Part shown: piece after piece, positions 28,386 through 36,997 of the stretch
Numbering within the stretch: position 1 is the stretch's first letter
Layout of the letters: the number at the start of each line of letters is the position of its first letter
NCBI GenBank assembly: GCA_017407835.1
Contig: JAFQVV010000004.1
Span: 7,174-71,173 of the forward strand
Direction: 5' to 3'
Length of the DNA stretch: 64,000 nucleotides
DNA from: Clostridia bacterium
GTDB lineage: Bacteria > Bacillota > Clostridia > Oscillospirales > CAG-272
Position numbers and translations under genes: made by a program
The notes under the pieces: generated by a model
Seen by the model: the letters and a program-made list of their open reading frames with translations, nothing else
Databases searched by the model: none
Told to the model about the DNA's origin: nothing

Positions 28386-30374
28386 TTATTCGAAATGTTT
28401 TGCATATTCCCCGTGGGGTGGGCGATGCCCTCTCGGTAGGCGATACCCCTCTTCCCCGTCGATCGGCGTACCTTCAACATAACGCCGTGCCTGCGTAGAG
28501 AAGAGCTCGTAATATCTGCCCTTCTTTTCCATCAATTCGAAGTGATTTCCTTCTTCGATGATTCGCCCATATTCCAACACGACAATCTTTGATGCCGTGG
28601 TAGCACTGGAGAGACGGTGCGAGACAAAAATGGTCGTTTTGCCTTGACGAAGTGCATCGAACTGATTGAAAATCTCCTGCTCAGCCATCGGATCGAGGGA
28701 GGCGGTCGGCTCATCGAGGATGAGAACATCCGAATCGGCATAGAAGGCACGGGCAATCGCCAGCTTCTGCCACTGGCCGCCTGAGAGCTCAATGCCGTTG
28801 GGCTCAAAGATGCGCATCAGGGGCGTCTCATAGCCGTCGGGCAGGTCGCGGATATAACTTTCCGCATTGCTCTGCTCGGCAGCGGCGTGGATTGCCGCCT
28901 CGTCAAGCGGACGTCGGATATTACCGAAGGCGATATTCTCGGCGGCTGTCACGGCATATTTGCCGAAATCCTGGAAGAGGATGCCGTACATCGAGTAGAG
29001 ATCGGCAACATCGTAGTCACGCAGGTCGCGTCCGTCGAGCAAAATCTCACCTTCGGTTGGATCATACAAACGCGTCAGCAGCTTGATCAGGGTTGTCTTG
29101 CCTGCACCGTTCAGTCCGACAATTACCAGCGTCTGCCCCGCTTCAACCGTCAGGTTGAGATGGGAAATCACATCACGCTCGGTGCCTGGATAGCGGAAGC
29201 TGACATCACGGAACTCGATGGTATGCGGTGCACCGTGATTGACTTCAGCGGGAACATCCAGCCGCGGGAGAATGGTCTGCTCCTCTTTCATGAAGGTAAT
29301 GAGATTATCGATAAACAACGTCCCTTCGTAAATGGTTGCACTGATCGAAATCAGTGCCGCAACCCCTGTCGAGATCGAAGTCAGCGCCCCGGTATAGAAC
29401 GAATAGTCACCGATGAGCAGCTCGCCTGCAAAAACAAGATATGCGATATAGACGAAGAAGGCACAGTTCACCGCCGCTTGCAGCACTGCCAGGGCGATAT
29501 GCCAGATATTCTCCCCCACAATCAGGCGGCGAAGCCCTGCGAAATAATGTATGAAAACGGCCTTATACCGTCCGATAAAGCTATCCGAAAGCCCCAGAAT
29601 ACGGATTTCCTTCGCCATGTCTTTATTCACCAGAAGGCCTGAATAATAATTCATCTGCCGACGGTCCTTGGAACGGTGGCGTATATACGAAAAGGTCTTG
29701 CGGCGATAAACGAAATTGATGATCGCCGACGGAACCGAAACGGCAATCATCAGCACAGGCGCCAGCGGGCTGACAGCCCCCAGCACGATGATATAGCTGA
29801 TCAAACTGACCAGGCGGCTGATCATATCAAAGGTTGAGGAGAGAATCTGCACCGGGCGATTTCCCGCCTCACGGTTGGCGTTTTCCAGCCGCTCGTAAAA
29901 ATCGGGAATATCAAAGCTTGCCATATCCAGCGACTTGGCTTTCTCCATAATTTTGACCTTGATATGATTGACAACCAACTCACCCGAGACACGGGTAATA
30001 GCGGTATTGACATGGCTGACAACCTGATTGATGATGCGGTAGAGGAAAAACCAGATCAAAGTCAGCATAATGGGACGAAAGTCGGGGATGGCTCCGCCGA
30101 ATCGCGCCTCCAGTGCCAGCTGAAGTCCGTTAATAATGTCCTTGGAGAGGAAAGAGCCCACAAGGGGCATAATTCCGTTGAAGAGCGACATAAACATCAT
30201 CACGAAGAGAATCCATGGCGCCGCCTCCCAAACCAGACGGAATATATAGAGCATACGGGTGAAAAATACGCCCAGCAATTCACGCAGATAGCGAGGTACA
30301 TCCCTCGGCGATGTCGGTTTCGGCACCTTTTGATGCTCATAATGCCGCCCGCCCGGGCCCATCATCGGTCCCAT
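28386..30374 (-). CDS. ABC exporter, fused permease/ATPase (type I, MsbA-like, homodimeric type)
   Basis: N-terminal 6-TM domain. GLNGAGKTT Walker A, LSGGQWQK signature, and VLILDEPTASLD Walker B. Start reset to MGPMMGPGG. Confidence 0.85.
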   Translation of the reverse strand: MGPMMGPGGRHYEHQKVPKPTSPRDVPRYLRELLGVFFTRMLYIFRLVWEAAPWILFVMMFMSLFNGIMPLVGSFLSKDIINGLQLALEARFGGAIPDFRPIMLTLIWFFLYRIINQVVSHVNTAITRVSGELVVNHIKVKIMEKAKSLDMASFDIPDFYERLENANREAGNRPVQILSSTFDMISRLVSLISYIIVLGAVSPLAPVLMIAVSVPSAIINFVYRRKTFSYIRHRSKDRRQMNYYSGLLVNKDMAKEIRILGLSDSFIGRYKAVFIHYFAGLRRLIVGENIWHIALAVLQAAVNCAFFVYIAYLVFAGELLIGDYSFYTGALTSISTGVAALISISATIYEGTLFIDNLITFMKEEQTILPRLDVPAEVNHGAPHTIEFRDVSFRYPGTERDVISHLNLTVEAGQTLVIVGLNGAGKTTLIKLLTRLYDPTEGEILLDGRDLRDYDVADLYSMYGILFQDFGKYAVTAAENIAFGNIRRPLDEAAIHAAAEQSNAESYIRDLPDGYETPLMRIFEPNGIELSGGQWQKLAIARAFYADSDVLILDEPTASLDPMAEQEIFNQFDALRQGKTTIFVSHRLSSATTASKIVVLEYGRIIEEGNHFELMEKKGRYYELFSTQARRYVEGTPIDGEEGYRLPRGHRPPHGEYAKHFE

Positions 30375-30503
30375 ATACACACCTTTCTCCGCCGCAGCGA
30401 AGCCTTTCCCTTTACGGTTTGCATTTATTATAACACAATTTCGTTGCGCGTGCAACCATTTTTTGCCCATTCGTAAAATTTTTTATCTCTTTTCCTTCTG
30501 CAC

Positions 30504-30532
30504 TTGCAAAATGACGAATTTTGTGGTATAGT
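30504..30532 (+). promoter_or_regulatory. sigma-A promoter of the methyltransferase gene
   Basis: TTGCAA, 17-nt spacer, TGgTATAGT. Confidence 0.6.
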
Positions 30533-30555
30533 GTAAAAAAACACAAGGAGCCGAT

Positions 30556-31194
30556 ATGGATCTGCAGAAAAGAAATGAAGATATGCGCCGCTTTTTCGCC
30601 GAGCGCTGCGACGGGTATGACGATGTACACGCCGAGTTTATGCCCACAAAATCGGCAATTACCGATGCCCTGCCCGAGGGGACCGCGCGTATCCTCGACT
30701 TGGGCGCGGGGACGGGGCTGGAGCTTTTTTCGCTGTTTGCCCGTTTTCCCCTTGCAGAGGTAACAGCGATTGATCTCTGTGCCGAAATGCTTGCTCGGCT
30801 TGCCGAACGCCCCTTTGCCGATCATGTCAGGATTATCTGCGGCGATTTTTTCTCGGCTGATCTGGGTGTGGGGTATGATGCCGTCATCTCCACCTCGGCG
30901 CTGCACCACTTTGCCCCCGCCGACAAGCTGATGCTTTATCGCCGTATCTTCGCCGCTCTTCGCGCGGGTGGGCTTTTCATCAATTCCGATTATATCGTTG
31001 ACAGCAGCGAGAGTGAGGCGCGTCAATTTTCGCTCTATCGGGAGAATGATGGAACCCTCCCTCACATCGATACGCCGCTGACTGCCGAGCATGAGCATGA
31101 GCTTCTCATTGCCGCAGGATTTACGGCGGTGACGGCAGATCCCGTTGATCGCGACAACTATCTGCTCTTCCGCGCACAAAAGCCCCTAAATTAA
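30556..31194 (+). CDS. class I SAM-dependent methyltransferase
   Basis: ILDLGAGTGLE motif I. 212 aa. Confidence 0.85.
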   Translation: MDLQKRNEDMRRFFAERCDGYDDVHAEFMPTKSAITDALPEGTARILDLGAGTGLELFSLFARFPLAEVTAIDLCAEMLARLAERPFADHVRIICGDFFSADLGVGYDAVISTSALHHFAPADKLMLYRRIFAALRAGGLFINSDYIVDSSESEARQFSLYRENDGTLPHIDTPLTAEHEHELLIAAGFTAVTADPVDRDNYLLFRAQKPLN

Positions 31195-31217
31195 CTCCCC
31201 ACAGAAAGGATTATGCC

Positions 31218-32474
31218 ATGAACCCCTGCTTCTTTCCCGCCGACATTCTTCTCCCCGATTTTACCCGCACCGACGGAAGCCGCTGGGCAGTTGTTGCCTG
31301 CGACCAATTCACCAGTGAACCCAACTATTGGGCCGGGGCCATCGATACGGTCGGCGATGCTCCGTCAACCCTTCGTCTGACTCTGCCCGAGGTTTGGCTC
31401 AGCGAAGCGGAAACCCGCATCCCCGCCATCAATGCCGCCATGCACGACGCCCTGCGCGATCTGCTCATTTGCCATCCCAACCGCATGATTTTTCTCGACC
31501 GCACGCAATCGGACGGAACACATCGCCGCGGGTTGATCGGCGCGGTTGATCTTGAAGCGTATGACTACACCCGCGGTGCGCAGACCCCCATCCGTGCAAC
31601 CGAGGGGACGGTGCTTGAGCGCATCCCGCCCCGCGTTGCCATTCGCCGCGATGCACCGCTGGAACTTCCCCATGTGATGCTGCTCATCGACGATCCCGAC
31701 TGCACGGTGATTGAGCCGATTTTTGCCCGTGCAAATGAGCTTGAGGTAGCGTATGACTTTGATCTGATGCTGGGCGGCGGTCACGTCTGCGGACGCTGGC
31801 TGGATGACGGTGCCTGCCGAACGGCAGAAACCGCACTTGCCAAGCTGGGCACCGTTGAAGAAATGGAAAAGAAATACGGTGCTGCCAAGGCTCCCCTGCT
31901 GTTCGCAGTGGGTGACGGCAACCATTCACTGGCTTCTGCCAAGGCAACATATGAAGAAATCAAAGCAAAGCTCGGCGATGCGGCACTAACGCATCCTGCG
32001 CGCTATGCTTTGGTTGAGGTAGTCAATCTGCACGACAGCGGATTGAATTTCGAGCCGATTTATCGCGTTGTTTTCGGTGTCGATCCCGAAGATTTGCTGT
32101 CAGAACTGAAAACCTACGCTGCCTCGCTGAACGGCTCGGTCGAGGGGCAGAAGACCGAAGCGGTCTGGGCAAACGGAAGTGAAATCATTCCCCTGCCCCA
32201 TGCCGTACAGCAGCTGACGGTCGGCACGCTGCAGGCTTTCCTTGATACATATATCAAAACCCATCCGGATGCCGAAATTGATTACATTCACGGTGAGAGT
32301 TCACTGCGCACACTCGCAGAGCGTCCGCGGGCGATCGGTTTTCTTTTTGAGGGAATGGAAAAAGACCAGCTCTTCAAAACAGTGCTCTTTGACGGTGCCC
32401 TGCCCCGCAAGACCTTCTCCATGGGACACGCAGAAGATAAACGCTACTATCTGGAGGCAAGAAAAATCCGCTGA
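31218..32474 (+). CDS. DUF1015-family protein
   Basis: 418 aa. GDGNHSLASAKA and overall pattern are typical of DUF1015. Confidence 0.75.
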   Translation: MNPCFFPADILLPDFTRTDGSRWAVVACDQFTSEPNYWAGAIDTVGDAPSTLRLTLPEVWLSEAETRIPAINAAMHDALRDLLICHPNRMIFLDRTQSDGTHRRGLIGAVDLEAYDYTRGAQTPIRATEGTVLERIPPRVAIRRDAPLELPHVMLLIDDPDCTVIEPIFARANELEVAYDFDLMLGGGHVCGRWLDDGACRTAETALAKLGTVEEMEKKYGAAKAPLLFAVGDGNHSLASAKATYEEIKAKLGDAALTHPARYALVEVVNLHDSGLNFEPIYRVVFGVDPEDLLSELKTYAASLNGSVEGQKTEAVWANGSEIIPLPHAVQQLTVGTLQAFLDTYIKTHPDAEIDYIHGESSLRTLAERPRAIGFLFEGMEKDQLFKTVLFDGALPRKTFSMGHAEDKRYYLEARKIR

Positions 32475-32486
32475 TAATCCCCGGCT

Positions 32487-32527
32487 CTGCGCCGATTGCA
32501 CGCAAAATGCAATCGGCGCAGATTTTT
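32487..32527 (+). terminator. rho-independent terminator
   Basis: CTGCGCCGATTGCA-cgcaaaa-TGCAATCGGCGCAG followed by ATTTTT. Confidence 0.85.
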
Positions 32528-32583
32528 CAGCGCAAAAAGCCCCCTTTTTCTCGCCCGCATTCCCAAATCCGCCGAAATTCCAC

Positions 32584-32612
32584 TTGACCGCAGAGGAAAA
32601 ATGGTGTATAAT
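32584..32612 (+). promoter_or_regulatory. sigma-A promoter of the M23 peptidase gene
   Basis: TTGACC, 17-nt spacer, TGtTATAAT. Confidence 0.65.
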
Positions 32613-32655
32613 ATATGATGTATTCCCATATGCCAACACGAGCAAGGAGCTGCCT

Positions 32656-34281
32656 ATGAATATCAAAAAAATTATCATTTCTGTTCTTTGTGTCATTGCA
32701 CTGTTTATCCCCACTTATCTGGCCATTGCCAACTACGCCATGACCAAAGATGATCCCGTCAGCGCACAGCGCGTTGACCGCATGGAAATCGCAGACCCGC
32801 AGGGAGAAATCTTCAAATTTGCCGCAAGTGATGGCGGAAACGATATTGTTGCGCTCTTTGACGAGATGAGCAATACCGCGGTCAAGCGCGACGAGCTGCC
32901 CGCTCAGCTGGTCGGTCATCCGTTCTACAAGGTCACATATTACACAGGCAAAAAATCGGTGGATTACAAATATTATTTCTCGGCGGATGCGCACAATTGC
33001 TATTTCGTCGACGATATGGGTTCTGTCTACCAAATTGAACAGGCACAGGCACAAAAGTTTGTCTCCACCCCCTATGCGCTCGCCCTTTATAACACTTCCT
33101 CCGTCCCCTCTCTGGTCAGCACAGATGGTCAGACCATCGCCCCCAACACGGTCAGCTGGAGCTACCGTGCGGCAAACGGCAGCTTTATCGAAAGAAACAA
33201 TCTAACCACCGAAACCGAGACGCTGACCTATTCCATGGAGGGCGGCATTGATTTGAACTTCTCTGTTGCCCCCGACGCACTCAATGTTAAGGTTTATGAC
33301 GGCGGCACGCTGATCTACGAAGGCAGCTACGCCAATATCTCTACCATTGACCTCAGCGAATCAAAAACCCTCTCGCTTCACCTTGATGCCAACTGGTATG
33401 AGGACAGCACACGCGATTATTACGGTCATGCAACCTACCAGTTTAAGGCCGACATTGTCGCCCCCGCCGAGTTCTATCTCGGCAGAAGCGAGATTGAGCC
33501 GGGTGATTTTGTCGTTTTGACGGGTATCAATGTTGCCGATATCAGCAAGATTACCTTCTCGGCTGAACCGTCGATCAACTACACGCCAAAATTCTTTGCC
33601 GACGGCAAATATGTGCACGCACTCATTCCGATCTCGTATGAACTTGAGCACAAAGCGTACACCTTTACCATCGGTTACGGCATCACCTCGCAAACCATCA
33701 ACCTCAGCATCGCCGACAAAACCTTCGGCACGCACAATTATGAAATTTCGACAACACTGGTCAACGCGCACCGCACCCCCGCAACCATCGCGGCATTTGA
33801 GAACACCATGCGTGATGTTTACGCGGTCGCTGATTCAACCCACTACTGGTCGGGTGTTTTCCTCGATTATCGCGTCAATGATGTGATGGGCGGCATTCTG
33901 GTCACCGGTTTCGGTCGCTACCGCACCATCAAAGCCACGGGCGAGACCTATCGCATGACAGGTGTTGACTTCTACACCTATGGCTCGGTTGATGTCCCCG
34001 CCGTCAACAACGGCCGCGTCATTTATGTCGGCATGACCGATTTGACGGGTAAGACCATCGTCATTGAGCACGGTTATGGTCTCAAAAGCTGGTATTCGCA
34101 CCTGGGCGAGACAAGCGTTAATGTAGGCGATACGGTAACGACAGGTCAGGTGATCGGTAAAACCGGCAGCACCGGCTTCTTTTCCGCCACCGGTGTCAAC
34201 ATGGGCTTGACCGTCTATGATGTACCTGTCTCCCCCTATCCGCTCTGGGATTTCGGCGTGGAAATGTATTTTGAAAAATAA
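32656..34281 (+). CDS. membrane-anchored M23 (LytM-type) peptidase-domain protein
   Basis: N-terminal TM segment (IIISVLCVIALFIPTYLAIA). C-terminal IVIEHGYGLKSWYSHL..GKTGSTGF M23 motifs. Start reset to the ATG after AAGGAG. Confidence 0.8.
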   Translation: MNIKKIIISVLCVIALFIPTYLAIANYAMTKDDPVSAQRVDRMEIADPQGEIFKFAASDGGNDIVALFDEMSNTAVKRDELPAQLVGHPFYKVTYYTGKKSVDYKYYFSADAHNCYFVDDMGSVYQIEQAQAQKFVSTPYALALYNTSSVPSLVSTDGQTIAPNTVSWSYRAANGSFIERNNLTTETETLTYSMEGGIDLNFSVAPDALNVKVYDGGTLIYEGSYANISTIDLSESKTLSLHLDANWYEDSTRDYYGHATYQFKADIVAPAEFYLGRSEIEPGDFVVLTGINVADISKITFSAEPSINYTPKFFADGKYVHALIPISYELEHKAYTFTIGYGITSQTINLSIADKTFGTHNYEISTTLVNAHRTPATIAAFENTMRDVYAVADSTHYWSGVFLDYRVNDVMGGILVTGFGRYRTIKATGETYRMTGVDFYTYGSVDVPAVNNGRVIYVGMTDLTGKTIVIEHGYGLKSWYSHLGETSVNVGDTVTTGQVIGKTGSTGFFSATGVNMGLTVYDVPVSPYPLWDFGVEMYFEK

Positions 34282-34299
34282 TTCTCTCCCTTCACAAAG

Positions 34300-34348
34300 C
34301 CAATGGGGGAACCGCACAGCTTCTGCGGTTCCCCCATTGGCTTTATTC
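34300..34348 (+). terminator. rho-independent terminator
   Basis: CCAATGGGGGAACCGCA-cagcttc-TGCGGTTCCCCCATTGG followed by CTTTATT. Confidence 0.8.
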
Positions 34349-34360
34349 TCTGCCGCATAC

Positions 34361-34389
34361 TTGCAAAAAATCGCGGGATGTGCTATACT
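34361..34389 (+). promoter_or_regulatory. sigma-A promoter of the THUMP methyltransferase gene
   Basis: TTGCAA, 17-nt spacer, TGcTATACT. Confidence 0.65.
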
Positions 34390-34418
34390 ATAGCAAAACA
34401 CGCAAACGAGGAAATTTC

Positions 34419-35546
34419 ATGGCTATATACGATTTTGTCGCGACCTGTCTGTTCGGACTGGAAAAACTGCTTGGCGCTGAGCTTGACGCGCTTGGGGTAA
34501 CACGCACCGAAACAATGGATGGACGGGTTTATTTCCGTGCCGGCATGGATGCCATCCCGCGCTGTAATCTGCACCTGCGTACCGCAGAGCGCGTTTACCT
34601 GCTTCTCGGCCGATTCCCTGCCCGTACCTTCACCGAGCTCTTCGATGGCACAGCGGCACTGCCCTGGGCGGATTTTATCGGCGCTGACGATGCATTTCCC
34701 GTCAAAGGACACGCCATCCGCAGCACGCTCTATTCTGTCCCCGACTGCCAGAGCATCGTCAAAAAGGCGATTGTCAGCGCGCTCTCCCGCGCGTATGGGC
34801 AGCAATGGTTTGCCGAGACGGGTGTGAAATATCAGATTGAGTTTTTCCTCTTTAAGGATGAAGCGGCACTGATGATCGATACCTCAGGCGTCGCCCTGCA
34901 CAAGCGCGGTTATCGGCCTGCCGCAAACGCCGCCCCCCTGCGCGAAACGCTTGCCGCAGCGCTTGCCATGACCGCCCGACCGCGCAATGACGTGCTGTTT
35001 TGGGATCCCACCTGCGGCTCGGGAACCATTGCCATTGAGGCAGCTCTCCTGCAGAGCAAAACCGCCCCCGGGCTTGGGCGAACCTTCGCCGCAGAAGCCT
35101 ACCCGTGGATCCCCGCCGATCTTTGGGAGGATGGGCGTGATGAAGCCATCGCATCCATTGATGAAGATGCAGATTTTGCGGTGTGGGCATCCGACATTGA
35201 TCCTGCCTGCGTTGCACTGACACGCGAGAATGCACGGCGTGCGGGAATGTCGGCTTACCTCAAGGTGTTTGAAGCCGATGTACGCACCATCGAGAAGCCC
35301 GATTGCCGCGGAACGATTGTCTGCAATCCCCCCTACGGTGAGCGACTGATGACACCCGAGGAGGTTGAGCTGCTCTACCGTGCGATGGGTGAGCGCCTTG
35401 CATCATTTGCGCCGTGGCAGATTTATGTTCTGACCTCGCACGAGGGCTTTGAGCGTCTCTACGGGCGGCGTGCCGACAAAATCCGCCGTCTCTACAATGG
35501 CATAATTCCCTGCAATTTCTACCAATTTTTCAAGCCGCAGCGATAA
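34419..35546 (+). CDS. THUMP-domain class I SAM-dependent RNA methyltransferase (RlmL/YpsC-like)
   Basis: N-terminal THUMP-like region. DPTCGSGTI motif I and CNPPYGERL motif IV. Confidence 0.85.
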   Translation: MAIYDFVATCLFGLEKLLGAELDALGVTRTETMDGRVYFRAGMDAIPRCNLHLRTAERVYLLLGRFPARTFTELFDGTAALPWADFIGADDAFPVKGHAIRSTLYSVPDCQSIVKKAIVSALSRAYGQQWFAETGVKYQIEFFLFKDEAALMIDTSGVALHKRGYRPAANAAPLRETLAAALAMTARPRNDVLFWDPTCGSGTIAIEAALLQSKTAPGLGRTFAAEAYPWIPADLWEDGRDEAIASIDEDADFAVWASDIDPACVALTRENARRAGMSAYLKVFEADVRTIEKPDCRGTIVCNPPYGERLMTPEEVELLYRAMGERLASFAPWQIYVLTSHEGFERLYGRRADKIRRLYNGIIPCNFYQFFKPQR

Positions 35547-35557
35547 GCTGTGTGAAA

Positions 35558-35598
35558 TAAGAAGAGGCTGACGCAGTGCGTCAGCCTTTTCTTATTTG
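35558..35598. terminator. bidirectional hairpin terminator between convergent genes
   Basis: AGGCTGACGC-agt-GCGTCAGCCT with A-rich and T-rich flanks. Confidence 0.8.
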
Positions 35599-35765
35599 GT
35601 CATCATCGCCATGCTCTGCAGCATGCTGCCCACGGCATCCATCGTCTGTCCCGCACGACGTGTCATGCGGCGGACACGCATTTTGGGCGTACTGCGCACG
35701 GCAACTGCGCTCATCAAGAGCAGACCTCCCACAATTCCTGCGGCGGCGGCAGTTTTTCCGGTCAT
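35592..35765 (-). CDS. 57-aa single-pass membrane peptide with a basic C-terminal tail
   Basis: AAGGAGG RBS lies 7 nt before the ATG. Sequence is MTGKTAAAAGIVGGLLLMSAVAV followed by RSTPKMRVRRMTRRAG. Confidence 0.55.
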   Translation of the reverse strand: MTGKTAAAAGIVGGLLLMSAVAVRSTPKMRVRRMTRRAGQTMDAVGSMLQSMAMMTK

Positions 35766-35821
35766 GTTTATTCCTCCTTGGTTTTCGGATTCGTGGATAG
35801 TGTTGCCCGTCCCGTGTGTAT

Positions 35822-36160
35822 TTATGCATGCTCGGCCGCGCGATTTGTGCGGGCTGCGACCATGCACAGACCGCGCTGTTTCAAGCGAAATGCTGTCGCA
35901 CGGCTGATTCCCATCTGCGCGGCACAGCCTTCCACGCTCATCCCCTGCAGATAATGCAGCTCCAACAGAAGGCGCACATTGCCGATCGGCAGTTCGCGCA
36001 GCAGACGTTCAATCTCGCGCATACGCATCGTCAGCATCACACGCTCTCCGGGACGCTCCCGTCCGCTCTCCGTCTCTCGCAATGCTGTGGCTTTCAGCAT
36101 TTTTTCATATGTTCGATAAGCCGCTAACTGCTCGGCTGTTTTCTGTGCATTTCGCTCCAT
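35822..36160 (-). CDS. small sigma-70 region-4-like HTH protein (about 112 aa, mini-sigma/phage-activator-like)
   Basis: C-terminal LLLELHYLQGMSVEGCAAQMGISRATAFRLKQRG resembles sigma region 4.2. No region 2 is present. Start is uncertain (ATG 36160 or TTG 36199). Confidence 0.6.
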   Translation of the reverse strand: MERNAQKTAEQLAAYRTYEKMLKATALRETESGRERPGERVMLTMRMREIERLLRELPIGNVRLLLELHYLQGMSVEGCAAQMGISRATAFRLKQRGLCMVAARTNRAAEHA

Positions 36161-36234
36161 CTCCGATTCGCCCCCTGTCGCATCTCCGAATTTTCTCAAT
36201 CATATCGTTTTTTTTGATAAAAACAAAGTTTTCC

Positions 36235-36263
36235 TTGACTTTTTGCGCAAAATACGGTATACT
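36235..36263 (+). promoter_or_regulatory. sigma-A promoter of XRE/S24 repressor gene 2
   Basis: TTGACT, 17-nt spacer, TATACT. It fires rightwards toward 36359. Confidence 0.65.
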
Positions 36264-36285
36264 GTTTGTTGTATTCTTCGAGCAA

Positions 36286-36314
36286 ATTATATCGCATATG
36301 CGATTGTCTGTCAA
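36286..36314 (-). promoter_or_regulatory. sigma-A promoter of the sigma-like/peptide operon, face-to-face with the repressor promoter
   Basis: On the minus strand: TTGACA (36314-36309), 17-nt spacer, TATAAT (36291-36286). The spacer contains the palindrome. Confidence 0.7.
36291..36304. repeat. 14-bp perfect palindrome ATCGCATATGCGAT (candidate operator), plus an extra half-site ATCGCAT at 36323-36329
   Basis: Read directly. The palindrome overlaps the -10 and fills the spacer of the minus-strand promoter. It also lies in the 5' UTR of the repressor gene. Confidence 0.6.
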
Positions 36315-36358
36315 TAGCATATATCGCATTTCCGAAAAAATCGTGAGGTTGCCGCAAT

Positions 36359-36958
36359 ATGGATTACACCGCATTTGCCGCGTTGCTCAAAACGCACAAT
36401 ACCTCTGCCTACCGTGTGGCGCGTGCCACCGGTATCTCCCCGACCACCTTTGCCGATTGGAAAAGCGGTCGCTCCACCCCCAAGGCCGACAAACTTGCGC
36501 GCATTGCCGATTATTTTGGGCTGACCTTGGATATGATGATGGGGCGAGAGATCCCCCGCAATCCCGTCTCCGTCCCTATCATCGGTGAAATTCGTGCGGG
36601 ACAGCCCATCATTACCGATCAAACCCTGCTCGGCTATGCCGATGCATCCATCTCCCCCGCTGAAGCGGACGAGCACTTTTATCTGCGCATCCGCGGGGAC
36701 AGTATGCGCGACATCGGTATGGTTGAGGGGTCACTTGTCCTTTTTCGCAAGCAGCAGTACGCAGAAGAGGGGGAAATCGTTGCGTGTCTGGTTGGGGGGG
36801 ACAGTGCAACAGTGAAGCGCTTTCATCGCGAGGGAAAGGCGATTTTCCTGATGCCCGAGAACGAAAATTACTCCCCCATCGAGCTCTCAACCGTGGATTT
36901 CGAAACGGGAGAAGCCCGCATTCTCGGCGTTGCCCGCGAGATCAGGATCTCGCTCTGA
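36359..36958 (+). CDS. XRE-family HTH + S24 (LexA/CI-like) peptidase-domain repressor
   Basis: HTH is TSAYRVARATGISPTTFADWKSG. S24 elements are IIGEIRAGQP, GDSMRD (Ser) and ATVKRF (Lys). 199 aa. Confidence 0.85.
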   Translation: MDYTAFAALLKTHNTSAYRVARATGISPTTFADWKSGRSTPKADKLARIADYFGLTLDMMMGREIPRNPVSVPIIGEIRAGQPIITDQTLLGYADASISPAEADEHFYLRIRGDSMRDIGMVEGSLVLFRKQQYAEEGEIVACLVGGDSATVKRFHREGKAIFLMPENENYSPIELSTVDFETGEARILGVAREIRISL

Positions 36959-36997
36959 CGCACGCCATTTTCGATTGATCAAGAAAGGTAAACAACT

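Noticed and set aside
35592-36958. I considered reading the XRE/S24 plus sigma-like island as a prophage remnant.
   Set aside because: I neither fully accept nor fully reject this. No integrase, att repeats or phage structural or lysis genes flank the island, and its GC content matches the surrounding sequence. It is therefore reported as a stand-alone switch, with prophage origin left as an open alternative.
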